Below are positions 57,820-64,000 of a DNA stretch of 64,000 nucleotides, in pieces. The position numbers and the translations under genes are program-made. How positions within the stretch are numbered: the first letter of the stretch is position 1; each line of letters opens with the position of its first letter. Location of the stretch: assembly GCA_034520365.1 (NCBI GenBank), contig JAXHNP010000005.1, forward strand, positions 6,474 through 70,473, given 5' to 3'. The notes below the pieces were generated by a model. The model was not told the DNA's origin. It did no database searches and worked only from the letters and a program-made list of their open reading frames with translations. Source of the stretch: Desulfobacterales bacterium. GTDB lineage: Bacteria > Desulfobacterota > Desulfobacteria > Desulfobacterales > Desulfosalsimonadaceae.

Positions 57820-58067
57820 CAACTGCCCTTCGTCTTCATATCCTCCCGCACCGCGGCGATCCAGACGCGGACCTTGGCGAGGATCCCGGGCTTTTCGATA
57901 TCGTCCACGCAATTTTCCGCGCAGGCCAGCTCGATGGCCCGGGCATCCACCGCCCCGCCGGCCCGCCACATGATGGGGTCTGCCGCCTCGATCACATCCA
58001 CGGCCCGGCGGTTCTCCGGGGCAAGGACGACGGTTTTGCAGTGTTCGCAGTCCTGACATGCGATCAT
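57819..58067 (-). CDS. Tail assembly chaperone -1 frame extension (gpT-like part of a G/GT pair)
   Basis: Same frame as the -1 frame downstream of slippery site 58145-58151, and open all the way. Contains CEEC...CQDCEHC cysteine pairs. Confidence 0.6.
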   Translation of the reverse strand: MIACQDCEHCKTVVLAPENRRAVDVIEAADPIMWRAGGAVDARAIELACAENCVDDIEKPGILAKVRVWIAAVREDMKTKGS

Positions 58068-58558
58068 CCCGTCTTTCCAGGCTTTGCCGCATTCTTCGCA
58101 CGGGTCCCGGCCGAGCTTGATGATTTGCCGGGCCCAGCTTCGGAGTTTTTTTCCTGCACCGCCTGGGTTTGCTCCCGGTAGGCGGTGACATCAGAGAGCT
58201 GCTCGCGCAGCCAGTTGGCCAGGCCGTAGGTTTCTTTAACCAGCACCGCGCGGTTTTCATCGGTGCACTCCACGGCGGTCTCCGGGTCCATGTCCCCGAT
58301 ATCAATGTTGATTAGATCCGCGAGCTTGCCGATGGTCAGATCCCAGTCCCGGATTTTTTGGCTGAGCTGGGCGGCAAACTTATCATCGTCAAAATCCTCC
58401 ACCGGCTGGTGCTTTTCCCAGCGCTTTTTTTTGGAGCGCTCAAGCATCTTTTGCATCTCGCCCTTTTCGGCGTACTCGATTAAAAAATTAACGTCCTGGA
58501 ATTCCATCCAGGCGGACAGACGGGTTTTCTTTTCATCGATCAGTTGCTTTAGGTCCAT
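58064..58558 (-). CDS. Tail assembly chaperone (gpG-like)
   Basis: Lies between the tail tube and tape measure genes. Start trimmed to ATG 58558 (MDLKQ), after AAAGGAG. The track start at 58585 is GTG inside a repeat hairpin. Confidence 0.7.
   Translation of the reverse strand: MDLKQLIDEKKTRLSAWMEFQDVNFLIEYAEKGEMQKMLERSKKKRWEKHQPVEDFDDDKFAAQLSQKIRDWDLTIGKLADLINIDIGDMDPETAVECTDENRAVLVKETYGLANWLREQLSDVTAYREQTQAVQEKNSEAGPGKSSSSAGTRAKNAAKPGKTG
58145..58151 (-). promoter_or_regulatory. Programmed -1 ribosomal frameshift slippery heptamer A AAA AAC
   Basis: The zero-frame codons GAA AAA AAC (58153-58145) give X XXY YYZ in the correct phase. The -1 frame continues without a stop into ORF 57819-58067. 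Confidence 0.65.
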
Positions 58559-58576
58559 ATATGCTCCTTTGTTATA

Positions 58577-58600
58577 GGCGGGCACGGTGGCCCGCCCTAC
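58577..58600. repeat. Hairpin repeat family A copy
   Basis: GGCGGGCACGGTGGCCCGCCCTAC, identical to 54782-54805. Confidence 0.85.
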
Positions 58601-58723
58601 GCTTGATCTTATCGGCGGATGCGCTGTCGCTTATCCGCCCTACGCTTAATCTTATCGGCGGATGCGCTGTCGCTTATCCGCCCTACGCTTGATCTTATCG
58701 GCGGATGCGCTGTCGCTTATCCG
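58595..58723. repeat. Tandem array, 3 x 43 bp, each unit carrying a family B hairpin (GGCGGATGCGCTGTCGCTTATCCGCC)
   Basis: Units are 58595-58637, 58638-58680 and 58681-58723. They differ at one position (G/A in GCTTGATC vs GCTTAATC). Confidence 0.9.
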
Positions 58724-58752
58724 CCCTACTATTGGCTACTTATTTGCCCTAC

Positions 58753-58776
58753 GTAGGGTCGGCCACCGTGCCGACC
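58753..58776. repeat. Hairpin repeat family A variant, inverted orientation
   Basis: GTAGGGTCGGCCACCGTGCCGACC (stem GTCGGC/GCCGAC). Confidence 0.7.
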
Positions 58777-58777
58777 G

Positions 58778-59674
58778 TTATGCGTTCGGCACAAACGCCG
58801 GCGCGCCCTGGCCCTGAAAATTGATGGACTCGCCCACGATCGCATCCTTGTTGGCCGACGTGTTAAAGCTCGTGAACGTGGCCCAACAGATAAAGTGGTC
58901 CCCGGTCTGGTCATTGTCCGGATCATAACTGAAAAGCTGGAGCAGAAAATGCACGCGCGTGCCGTCAATGGCGTTCTCTATTGCGGCAAACCACTTGCTG
59001 CTCGCGAAATAGCCCTCAGCCCCGCCGGAGAATTCCGCCAGGCCCGGCTTGTGGGTTTTCCAGTCATCCTGGAACGCGCTGATCTCAGCCAGATCCACGC
59101 TGCCGTCAAGCTTCCAGTCATACATATACCCGCATTTCTCAAGCGCCGCGGCCGGCACGTGGGATCCCTCGCCCGTGACCGTCACCGTTCCGCAGGCCGC
59201 GTCAAAATAGGCGATGCCCCGGGCATAGTCGATGGATAGGACGTTTGCGCCGCCGGAGTCCGTAAACGTGGGCGGGTTTTCCGGATCCAGCATCCGCCGG
59301 GTGGCATCTGTTATCTGGGCCTGGTCGTCGGTGACTGTGCAGGCCTCGTCATACAGGTTGCCCCGGGCCCATTGGTCGTTTAGCGTGTGCCCGGTGGTGG
59401 CCGCAAATGTCACGATCTGGTCGCCGTTTACGCCGGATAACGTCTGGGCGGATCCGGTGATATCCACGTTTTCGGTCCAGGCCCCGCCGTTTTCCCGCCA
59501 CTTGAAAGTATCCACCGAGCCGGTGCCGCCTTCCTCGGAATCGATCGCCACCTCGAAATAGGCCGAATCCGAGGCGCTTGAAAAAACGCCCCAGGTGAGA
59601 TCATCCAGACCGGCGCCGGCAAAGCCGTTGTGGTTGTGCCGAAACACATTGCCCTGCTTGCCATGATTAGGCAT
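58778..59674 (-). CDS. Tail tube paralogue with a ~160-aa N-terminal extension
   Basis: The C-terminal half aligns by eye with the 135-aa tube protein (DDWKTHKPGLAEFSGG vs DDWKKHLPGMAGASGK; GDHFICWATF vs GDIFITSFGT). Strong AAGGAGG Shine-Dalgarno. Confidence 0.55.
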   Translation of the reverse strand: MPNHGKQGNVFRHNHNGFAGAGLDDLTWGVFSSASDSAYFEVAIDSEEGGTGSVDTFKWRENGGAWTENVDITGSAQTLSGVNGDQIVTFAATTGHTLNDQWARGNLYDEACTVTDDQAQITDATRRMLDPENPPTFTDSGGANVLSIDYARGIAYFDAACGTVTVTGEGSHVPAAALEKCGYMYDWKLDGSVDLAEISAFQDDWKTHKPGLAEFSGGAEGYFASSKWFAAIENAIDGTRVHFLLQLFSYDPDNDQTGDHFICWATFTSFNTSANKDAIVGESINFQGQGAPAFVPNA

Positions 59675-59686
59675 GGGTCACCTCCT

Positions 59687-60094
59687 TTAGGCGGCGATGG
59701 TGAGCGAAAGCGCCCCGTCCACCACAAAGTTAAAGCTCCCGGTCACCTTGCCGGAGATATTGGCCACCGTGCCAAAGCTTGTGATAAAGATGTCGCCGCC
59801 AAAATAGTCGTCCGAATCCTCCAGCGCGAACTTGACATCTGTCAGCTTGGTGCCGGGCGTGGCCGCCACGATGTTGTCAATCAGCGCTTTTTGCTCGGTG
59901 TTTGACGGATCCAGAATAAAGTCCATCTTTCCGGACGCGCCCGCCATACCGGGCAGATGCTTTTTCCAGTCATCGCCCTGAACGGATGCGTCATCCATGT
60001 CCAGCTCCACATTTAAGTCAAACCCGATGCGGGAGCCCGCGGCCACATCGTTTTTTAAGATACTGGCCACCTTGCCGTGAATTGGATATGCCAT
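59687..60094 (-). CDS. Major tail tube protein
   Basis: 135 aa, located between the neck genes and the chaperones. Strong AAGGAGG Shine-Dalgarno. Assigned by position and size. Confidence 0.6.
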   Translation of the reverse strand: MAYPIHGKVASILKNDVAAGSRIGFDLNVELDMDDASVQGDDWKKHLPGMAGASGKMDFILDPSNTEQKALIDNIVAATPGTKLTDVKFALEDSDDYFGGDIFITSFGTVANISGKVTGSFNFVVDGALSLTIAA

Positions 60095-60125
60095 TTTGTC
60101 TCCTCCTTGGTTTGTTTTCCCTTAA

Positions 60126-60177
60126 CCCCCCTTTGAAAAAGGGCCTCCGCCCTTAACCCCCCTTTGCAAAAGGGGGG
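60126..60177. repeat. Two family C hairpins (CCCCCCTTTGCAAAAGGGGGG type)
   Basis: Degenerate copy at 60126-60143 and a perfect 6-bp G/C stem copy at 60157-60177. Confidence 0.8.
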
Positions 60178-60198
60178 ATTGGGGGGATTTGTGAAATT

Positions 60199-60636
60199 TT
60201 AATAATCGCTTAACGCCTCATACCGCAGCGTCAACACCTTCATCTGCGCCATGTCGGTCTCGGTGAATATGGTTTTACTGGCCCCGGCAGACTCTGCCAC
60301 GGCCAGGGTGTAGCCGGATAAACTCAAGGTGTTGTCATTTAACGCCGACCGGATGGCGGCATAAAGCCTCAACACCCCGTCCGCGCCCACGATCGCCTCA
60401 CCCTCTTTCCAGACCTGCACCAGGGCGGCCACATCCACATACCGCTCGATCTCCTCGCCGTCCTGGTATCCCGGGGCAAAGGTCTCCCGGCCGTCCTTTA
60501 CCGCCACCGCCGGAAAGGTCACAAACTCCGGAATGATAATGGGGTTTAACGACTCCGCCGCCCAGATGGCGCTTGCCCGCACCGTAGTGAGGGTGCCCTG
60601 GAGTTCTGTGATGATGGCGTTTATGAGGTCTTCCAT
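60199..60636 (-). CDS. Putative tail terminator / neck protein
   Basis: 145 aa, located between the gpG-like gene and the tail tube gene. Assigned by position only. Confidence 0.45.
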   Translation of the reverse strand: MEDLINAIITELQGTLTTVRASAIWAAESLNPIIIPEFVTFPAVAVKDGRETFAPGYQDGEEIERYVDVAALVQVWKEGEAIVGADGVLRLYAAIRSALNDNTLSLSGYTLAVAESAGASKTIFTETDMAQMKVLTLRYEALSDY

Positions 60637-60665
60637 AGTTTTCCCGTCTTAATCTTACTCTTATC

Positions 60666-60691
60666 GGCGGATGCGCTGGCGCTTATCCGCC
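60666..60691. repeat. Hairpin repeat family B copy
   Basis: GGCGGATGCGCTGGCGCTTATCCGCC, followed by a partial duplicate CGCTTATCCGCCCTAC (60696-60711). Confidence 0.85.
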
Positions 60692-60728
60692 CTACCGCTT
60701 ATCCGCCCTACGATTGACCCGGCGCTGC

Positions 60729-60752
60729 GTAGGGCGGGCCACCGTGCCCGCC
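60729..60752. repeat. Hairpin repeat family A copy, inverted orientation
   Basis: GTAGGGCGGGCCACCGTGCCCGCC, abutting the stop codon at 60753. Confidence 0.85.
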
Positions 60753-61193
60753 TTATCTGTCCTCCAAATGATCGCGCAGCGTCTCGCCGAATTCTTCCAT
60801 ATCCGCTGCCGCAATCCCTAAATATGGCCGGGCCGGGATCGTGACTTTCCGCCCCCGGCCGGCCTTGCCGCCAAACTGGTGGATGGCGCCGTATATTTTG
60901 TTGGTGCCGTAGGCGAACCGTTCCGGCTTGGCGGAATAAATAATGCTGTTTCGAAGCTGCCCGGACTCGGTCAGAATTTTTGCGCCCTTTTTGCTCTCCA
61001 GGGTTTCCGGGGACAGCGGCTGCCAGGCCCGGCCCTCGGGGCTGTGCTCGCCTGAGAACCGATCGCCCGTAACATTTAGCATGTACTCGCCAAACGCCTT
61101 GTACGCCGGCGACAGATCCCCCGCCTGGCGCATGAAGGCCTTGAGGTCGCGCCGGACTTCCCGGTCGTTTAATTTAAAGTAGGTTCCCGCCAA
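60753..61193 (-). CDS. Phage virion morphogenesis protein (Mu gpG-like tail completion)
   Basis: The FGEYMLNVTGDRFSGEHSPEGRAWQPLSPETL...IHQFGG...IPARPYLG pattern is typical of the Mu G family. Apparent TTG start. Confidence 0.75.
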   Translation of the reverse strand: MAGTYFKLNDREVRRDLKAFMRQAGDLSPAYKAFGEYMLNVTGDRFSGEHSPEGRAWQPLSPETLESKKGAKILTESGQLRNSIIYSAKPERFAYGTNKIYGAIHQFGGKAGRGRKVTIPARPYLGIAAADMEEFGETLRDHLEDR

Positions 61194-61214
61194 TTTTTAA
61201 AATCCCCCTTGCAT

Positions 61215-61233
61215 CCCCCTTTTTCAAAGGGGG
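61215..61233. repeat. Hairpin repeat family C copy
   Basis: CCCCCTTTTTCAAAGGGGG. Confidence 0.8.
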
Positions 61234-61272
61234 AAAAGCGTGCTGATGCCATCCGTCTTTTGAAAAATTATA

Positions 61273-61329
61273 GTAGGGCGGATAAGCGCCAGCGCATCCG
61301 CCGATGAAATAAGCGCCAGCGCATCCGCC
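61273..61329. repeat. Family B hairpin (inverted orientation) plus a partial second copy
   Basis: GTAGGGCGGATAAGCGCCAGCGCATCCGCC (61273-61302) and ATAAGCGCCAGCGCATCCGCC (61309-61329). Confidence 0.85.
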
Positions 61330-61332
61330 GAA

Positions 61333-61758
61333 CTACCAGTTTTTCAAAGAGTCCCGGTCAAAGATCCGGTCCGCGCTCTCAATCTCCGGCGCATGGCTGG
61401 ACTGCGGCACGTCCGCCGGATCATCCTCGCCAAGCGTCGCATTGCCCTTACTCACCTCTTTTAAAAACTTGATCGCGTCCTCGTAATCCTGGCGCCTGGA
61501 GTCGGGCGCACCGCGGCGCCGGGCAAACAGGTTTTTGATCGCGATCACAACGGAGAATTTACGGATCAGATCCGGCACCGGGGAAAACGGCACCTCGTAT
61601 TTCTTGCCGCAGTAGCCGTCGATTTCCGCGTCCGCATCCGCGATCGCGCGGGTGACCACGTCATCATCCACGGAGCCGGTGCCCGCATCGTCGGTCAGGC
61701 TCACCAGCGTGGTCTCGTCGATCTGATCCAATATGTCTGACTGGGTGCTGTATGGCAT
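61333..61758 (-). CDS. DUF1320 (Mu gp36-like) head-tail connector protein
   Basis: The pattern MPYSTQSDILDQIDETTLVSLTDD...DADAEIDGYCGKKYEVPF...IAIKNLFARR is characteristic of DUF1320. Confidence 0.75.
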   Translation of the reverse strand: MPYSTQSDILDQIDETTLVSLTDDAGTGSVDDDVVTRAIADADAEIDGYCGKKYEVPFSPVPDLIRKFSVVIAIKNLFARRRGAPDSRRQDYEDAIKFLKEVSKGNATLGEDDPADVPQSSHAPEIESADRIFDRDSLKNW

Positions 61759-61790
61759 CTCTTAAACCCGTCTTACGCTTGATCTGTTTT

Positions 61791-61814
61791 GGCGGGCACG
61801 GTGGCCCGCCCTAC
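61791..61814. repeat. Hairpin repeat family A copy
   Basis: GGCGGGCACGGTGGCCCGCCCTAC, identical to the copies at 54782 and 58577. Confidence 0.85.
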
Positions 61815-61816
61815 GC

Positions 61817-62002
61817 TTATTCTTTTTTCCCGCCGGACTTGGCCGCCTTCTCCTCGGTCACCACCAGGCGCGGCTCGGCTTTTAAAATTTCAAGCTGGGC
61901 TTTGGTGAATTTGTTGTCCGCGAAGGTCTCGCCCTCCGGGACAAACCGCACCCCGCACCGGCGGAAGGGTCTGTTTTTTGTGCTTTTAATCGTAACTGCC
62001 AT
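61817..62002 (-). CDS. Small phage head-module protein (possibly HI1506/FluMu N-terminal-domain-like)
   Basis: 61 aa, directly downstream of the major capsid gene. RCGVRFVPEGETF...AQLEILKAEPRLVV. The family call is tentative. Confidence 0.4.
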   Translation of the reverse strand: MAVTIKSTKNRPFRRCGVRFVPEGETFADNKFTKAQLEILKAEPRLVVTEEKAAKSGGKKE

Positions 62003-62024
62003 TTTGTATGCCCCCTCTCCCTGA

Positions 62025-62051
62025 CCCTCTCCCCCGGTGCGGGGGAGAGGG
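62025..62051. repeat. Hairpin repeat family D-like copy
   Basis: CCCTCTCCCCC ggtgc GGGGGAGAGGG, an 11-bp perfect stem. Confidence 0.85.
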
Positions 62052-62112
62052 GATCGGGCCGAATAATGGTTAATCGTTTAAATATTTTAGCCCTGCCTCG
62101 GCTGCTCCGCCG

Positions 62113-62148
62113 CCCTCTCCACCATCAGTGGAGAGGGTTGGGGTGAGG
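62113..62148. repeat. Hairpin repeat family D copy
   Basis: CCCTCTCCAC catcag GTGGAGAGGG followed by TTGGGGTGAGG. It abuts the capsid stop codon. Confidence 0.85.
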
Positions 62149-63054
62149 TTATGCCGCGCCGGTGCTCCCGTAGCTTAGCTGCCACAGGCCGTAGCCGGCG
62201 TTGCCCCGCGCCTCGGCGCCGTACTTGAACAGCGCCTTATTGAAAACGTCGTCATTGTTTTCATTGGTCTGGGAGACGAAGACCGGGGCTTTGCGCTCCT
62301 GAAAAATAAAGGGTTTCACCGGCCGGCTGGTTACATGCAGAAACCAGTTGCTGGAGTCCGTGATCCGGGGATTCACAAACACCTCGGCCGTGCCCTTGTA
62401 GGGGTTGCTGGAGCCGTCCACCAGAAAGTCCCCGTGGCAAATCAGCTTTGCCGTTGCCTCAAGCGCCGGCGGCACTTCCAGCAGATCCGGCACCAGGTTC
62501 AGGGGCCGGGATTCGTCGTCGGTAAAGTTCATGATCGCGGCCCGGCCCGCGCCGTAGGAGTTCTGGGCGGCGGAAAGCGTGGCCGCGGAGAGCGCGGCGG
62601 TTCCCTTGTTGGAGACGCTGGCGCCGGCCACCTCGTGGTCCGTGTCATAAAAATACTGGCCGTCAAAGCATTCGGCCGCGAACGCACCGTTTAAGAGATC
62701 CGCGATCAGCTCGTCCGGCCACTGCTTGGCAGAGAACCCGGCGTCCTGGGCCATCGGCCCGTAGATGCCCAGCTGGTCATCCTCAATATCGTTTCGAAGC
62801 ACCCCGACGGTGGCCTCAAAGTCCTTGTTTTTGATGGTGTACTCGTGGGCCTTTAAGGCTTTCACCACCTTGTCGCCCACCCACTCGATCATTTTGGGAA
62901 ACCGGTCGATCCAGTCATAGTTATTGGTCGCGCTGGTGGACGGCACCCGCATGGCCACCTTTTGCCAGTTGGCCGGGGCCGACTCGAACGCCTTGTTGAA
63001 GGTCGTTTTCAAATTCAGGAAAACGGCCGTCAGGTTGTTTTTATTAATCAGCAT
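62149..63054 (-). CDS. Mu-like major capsid protein (gpT family)
   Basis: The N-terminal LNLKTTFNKAFESAPANWQKVAMRVPSTSATNNYDWIDRFPKMIEWVGDK pattern is typical of the Mu_gpT family. 301 aa. Confidence 0.8.
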   Translation of the reverse strand: MLINKNNLTAVFLNLKTTFNKAFESAPANWQKVAMRVPSTSATNNYDWIDRFPKMIEWVGDKVVKALKAHEYTIKNKDFEATVGVLRNDIEDDQLGIYGPMAQDAGFSAKQWPDELIADLLNGAFAAECFDGQYFYDTDHEVAGASVSNKGTAALSAATLSAAQNSYGAGRAAIMNFTDDESRPLNLVPDLLEVPPALEATAKLICHGDFLVDGSSNPYKGTAEVFVNPRITDSSNWFLHVTSRPVKPFIFQERKAPVFVSQTNENNDDVFNKALFKYGAEARGNAGYGLWQLSYGSTGAA

Positions 63055-63091
63055 GGGTTAACCTCCCGTATCATTAAAATCGTTTCATTTG

Positions 63092-63116
63092 GGCCGCCTG
63101 AGCGCTTCAGGCGGCC
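63092..63116. repeat. Unique GC-rich hairpin upstream of the capsid gene
   Basis: GGCCGCCTGA gcgct TCAGGCGGCC, a 10-bp perfect stem. Confidence 0.8.
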
Positions 63117-63135
63117 GGTTTAAATCCTTCTTAAT

Positions 63136-63152
63136 CCCCCTTTTTCAAAGGG
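63136..63152. repeat. Hairpin repeat family C copy (partial)
   Basis: CCCCCTTTTTCAAAGGG. Confidence 0.7.
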
Positions 63153-63161
63153 AGAATTGGT

Positions 63162-64000
63162 TTAGCTGTCCAGCGTGGCCGGGGTGTATTCGAGCCAGAC
63201 GCCCACGATGACCACGTCATCCGTGTCCAGCGTGCCGTCTGTCGGCTGGATGGTCAGCGTCAAAACGCTCGGCGAAGCGGCCACGTCGCTGGCGGCAATG
63301 GTCACGGTCTCCTCCTGCAGGGTTTTTGCCGTGGCATCCCCGGTCATTGCGGTGGTGGTGCCGCCCGCATCCGCGTCCGCGTCATATAGCGCGCCGTCTG
63401 TCAGAAAAAACGCGCCCACGTCGAATGTCGTGTCATCTGCGTCTGTATTCCCGGTTTTGGCGGCCAGCACGTGCACCACCACGTCTTTGGACGTATCCAG
63501 CTCAGACGGCAGGTAGATATTTGTTATCACAGGGTCCGGGTTTGCGTGGTTGTTCCAGCGGAGGCCGATGGCCTCGTTGCCCAGGACGTCCAGGCCCGGG
63601 GTGGTGGAGGCGCCGTCTGAGAATGCGGTCACATACGTGCCGTCAAGCTCCAGCGCCCCCCGCAAATCCACCTCCACCATATGCTGCGCGGACAAAATGT
63701 GCTGGTATATCTCGTCCAGCGACGCGTCCACGTCCGTCTCGGTGGTGTGGGTATCATCATCGTTATACCCGATGGCGTCCGCATCATGGGCGGCCGAGGT
63801 GTCCGCGATGTGGGTATCGACCGAGCTCTTTTTGGTGGCCGGTTCGATATCCACCCAGGCCTCGTCCGAGTCGATGTATTTAACGATCACCCCCACCATA
63901 ATGTCATTGCTGGTGTCGCCCGCAAGATCCACGGTCTGGTCATCCACCAGGTAGGCCTCATCGCCCACGTTGCTCTGGGAAATCGAGGTGTTAAAATCCA
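63162..64000 (-). CDS. Acidic phage head-module protein, partial (frame open to the window edge)
   Basis: The track start at 63968 is GTG. The same frame continues without a stop to nt 64000, so the true start is probably outside the window. Function unknown (decoration/scaffold by position). Confidence 0.5.
   Translation of the reverse strand, partial: DFNTSISQSNVGDEAYLVDDQTVDLAGDTSNDIMVGVIVKYIDSDEAWVDIEPATKKSSVDTHIADTSAAHDADAIGYNDDDTHTTETDVDASLDEIYQHILSAQHMVEVDLRGALELDGTYVTAFSDGASTTPGLDVLGNEAIGLRWNNHANPDPVITNIYLPSELDTSKDVVVHVLAAKTGNTDADDTTFDVGAFFLTDGALYDADADAGGTTTAMTGDATAKTLQEETVTIAASDVAASPSVLTLTIQPTDGTLDTDDVVIVGVWLEYTPATLDS

Larger units (their letters stand above)
45594..64000 (-). mobile_element. 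Mu-like siphovirus-type prophage, late (head-tail-DGR) region; extends beyond the right edge; the left limit is tentative
   Basis: A contiguous minus-strand module: Mu gpT-like capsid, DUF1320 (gp36-like), gpG-like morphogenesis protein, tail tube, frameshifted chaperones, tape measure, tip proteins, DGR, and morons. See individual features. Confidence 0.7.

Noticed and set aside
57661-58305. 214-aa Arg/Gly/Pro-rich ORF overlapping both chaperone ORFs
   Set aside because: It is in the +1 frame relative to the chaperone, has a low-complexity GC-driven composition, and is not reachable from the A AAA AAC -1 slip. I treat it as a shadow ORF.
58559-58585. GTG-initiated extension of the chaperone ORF
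   Set aside because: The extension begins inside the family A hairpin. An ATG with an AAAGGAG Shine-Dalgarno at 58558 is a far better start.
58595-58723. Possible CRISPR array (regular ~43-bp periodicity with palindromic cores)
   Set aside because: The units are directly abutting near-identical copies with no unique spacers. This is a tandem repeat, not a CRISPR.

Overview
GC-rich bacterial chromosomal window. The gene content is compatible with an anaerobic Desulfobacterota-like organism, but taxonomy cannot be proven from sequence alone. I read five blocks. (1) 1-18.9 kb is housekeeping and redox genes. It includes a tightly packed minus-strand operon (flavoprotein disulfide reductase, cytochrome P460-like haem protein, cyclase, GH100 invertase, SDR, ferric-reductase-like membrane protein) with a divergent Cys-rich MerR regulator. 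It also holds menA-like/CPBP genes, MFS, tesB, a DUF748 giant protein, csp, and a B12-radical-SAM plus amidase pair. (2) 19.0-26.8 kb is a defence/mobile island: an AT-rich, translationally coupled DUF3800 + unknown gene pair, radC, a truncated antitoxin ORF, and a complete type I R-M system (hsdR-hsdM-hsdS). (3) 27.1-42.1 kb is a lipid locus centred on a single 3114-aa FAAL-ACP-KS-AT-DH-ER-KR-ACP-TE polyketide/fatty-acid megasynthase. It is flanked by a secreted lipase, a GAF protein, and DUF2177, chalcone-isomerase-like, GPH/MFS and DUF1295 genes. (4) 42.7-45.4 kb is a multi-PAS hybrid histidine kinase. (5) About 45.6 kb to the right edge is the late (head-tail) module of a Mu-like siphovirus-type prophage on the minus strand. 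The strongest result is at the distal end of its tail genes: a complete diversity-generating retroelement. The 116-nt template repeat and variable repeat differ only at template adenines (21 of 28), as aligned by hand. This DGR has no recognisable Avd. It has an unknown small basic ORF after the RT, and its target and the preceding protein carry signal-peptide-like N-termini. It is followed by Lom-like outer-membrane 'moron' genes. The prophage also shows a canonical -1 frameshift site in the tail-chaperone genes, an inverted heptanucleotide repeat array, and at least four families of GC-rich hairpin repeats filling its intergenic spacers. All coordinates were derived by hand. The ORF track uses GTG/TTG as M in places, so several starts were trimmed.
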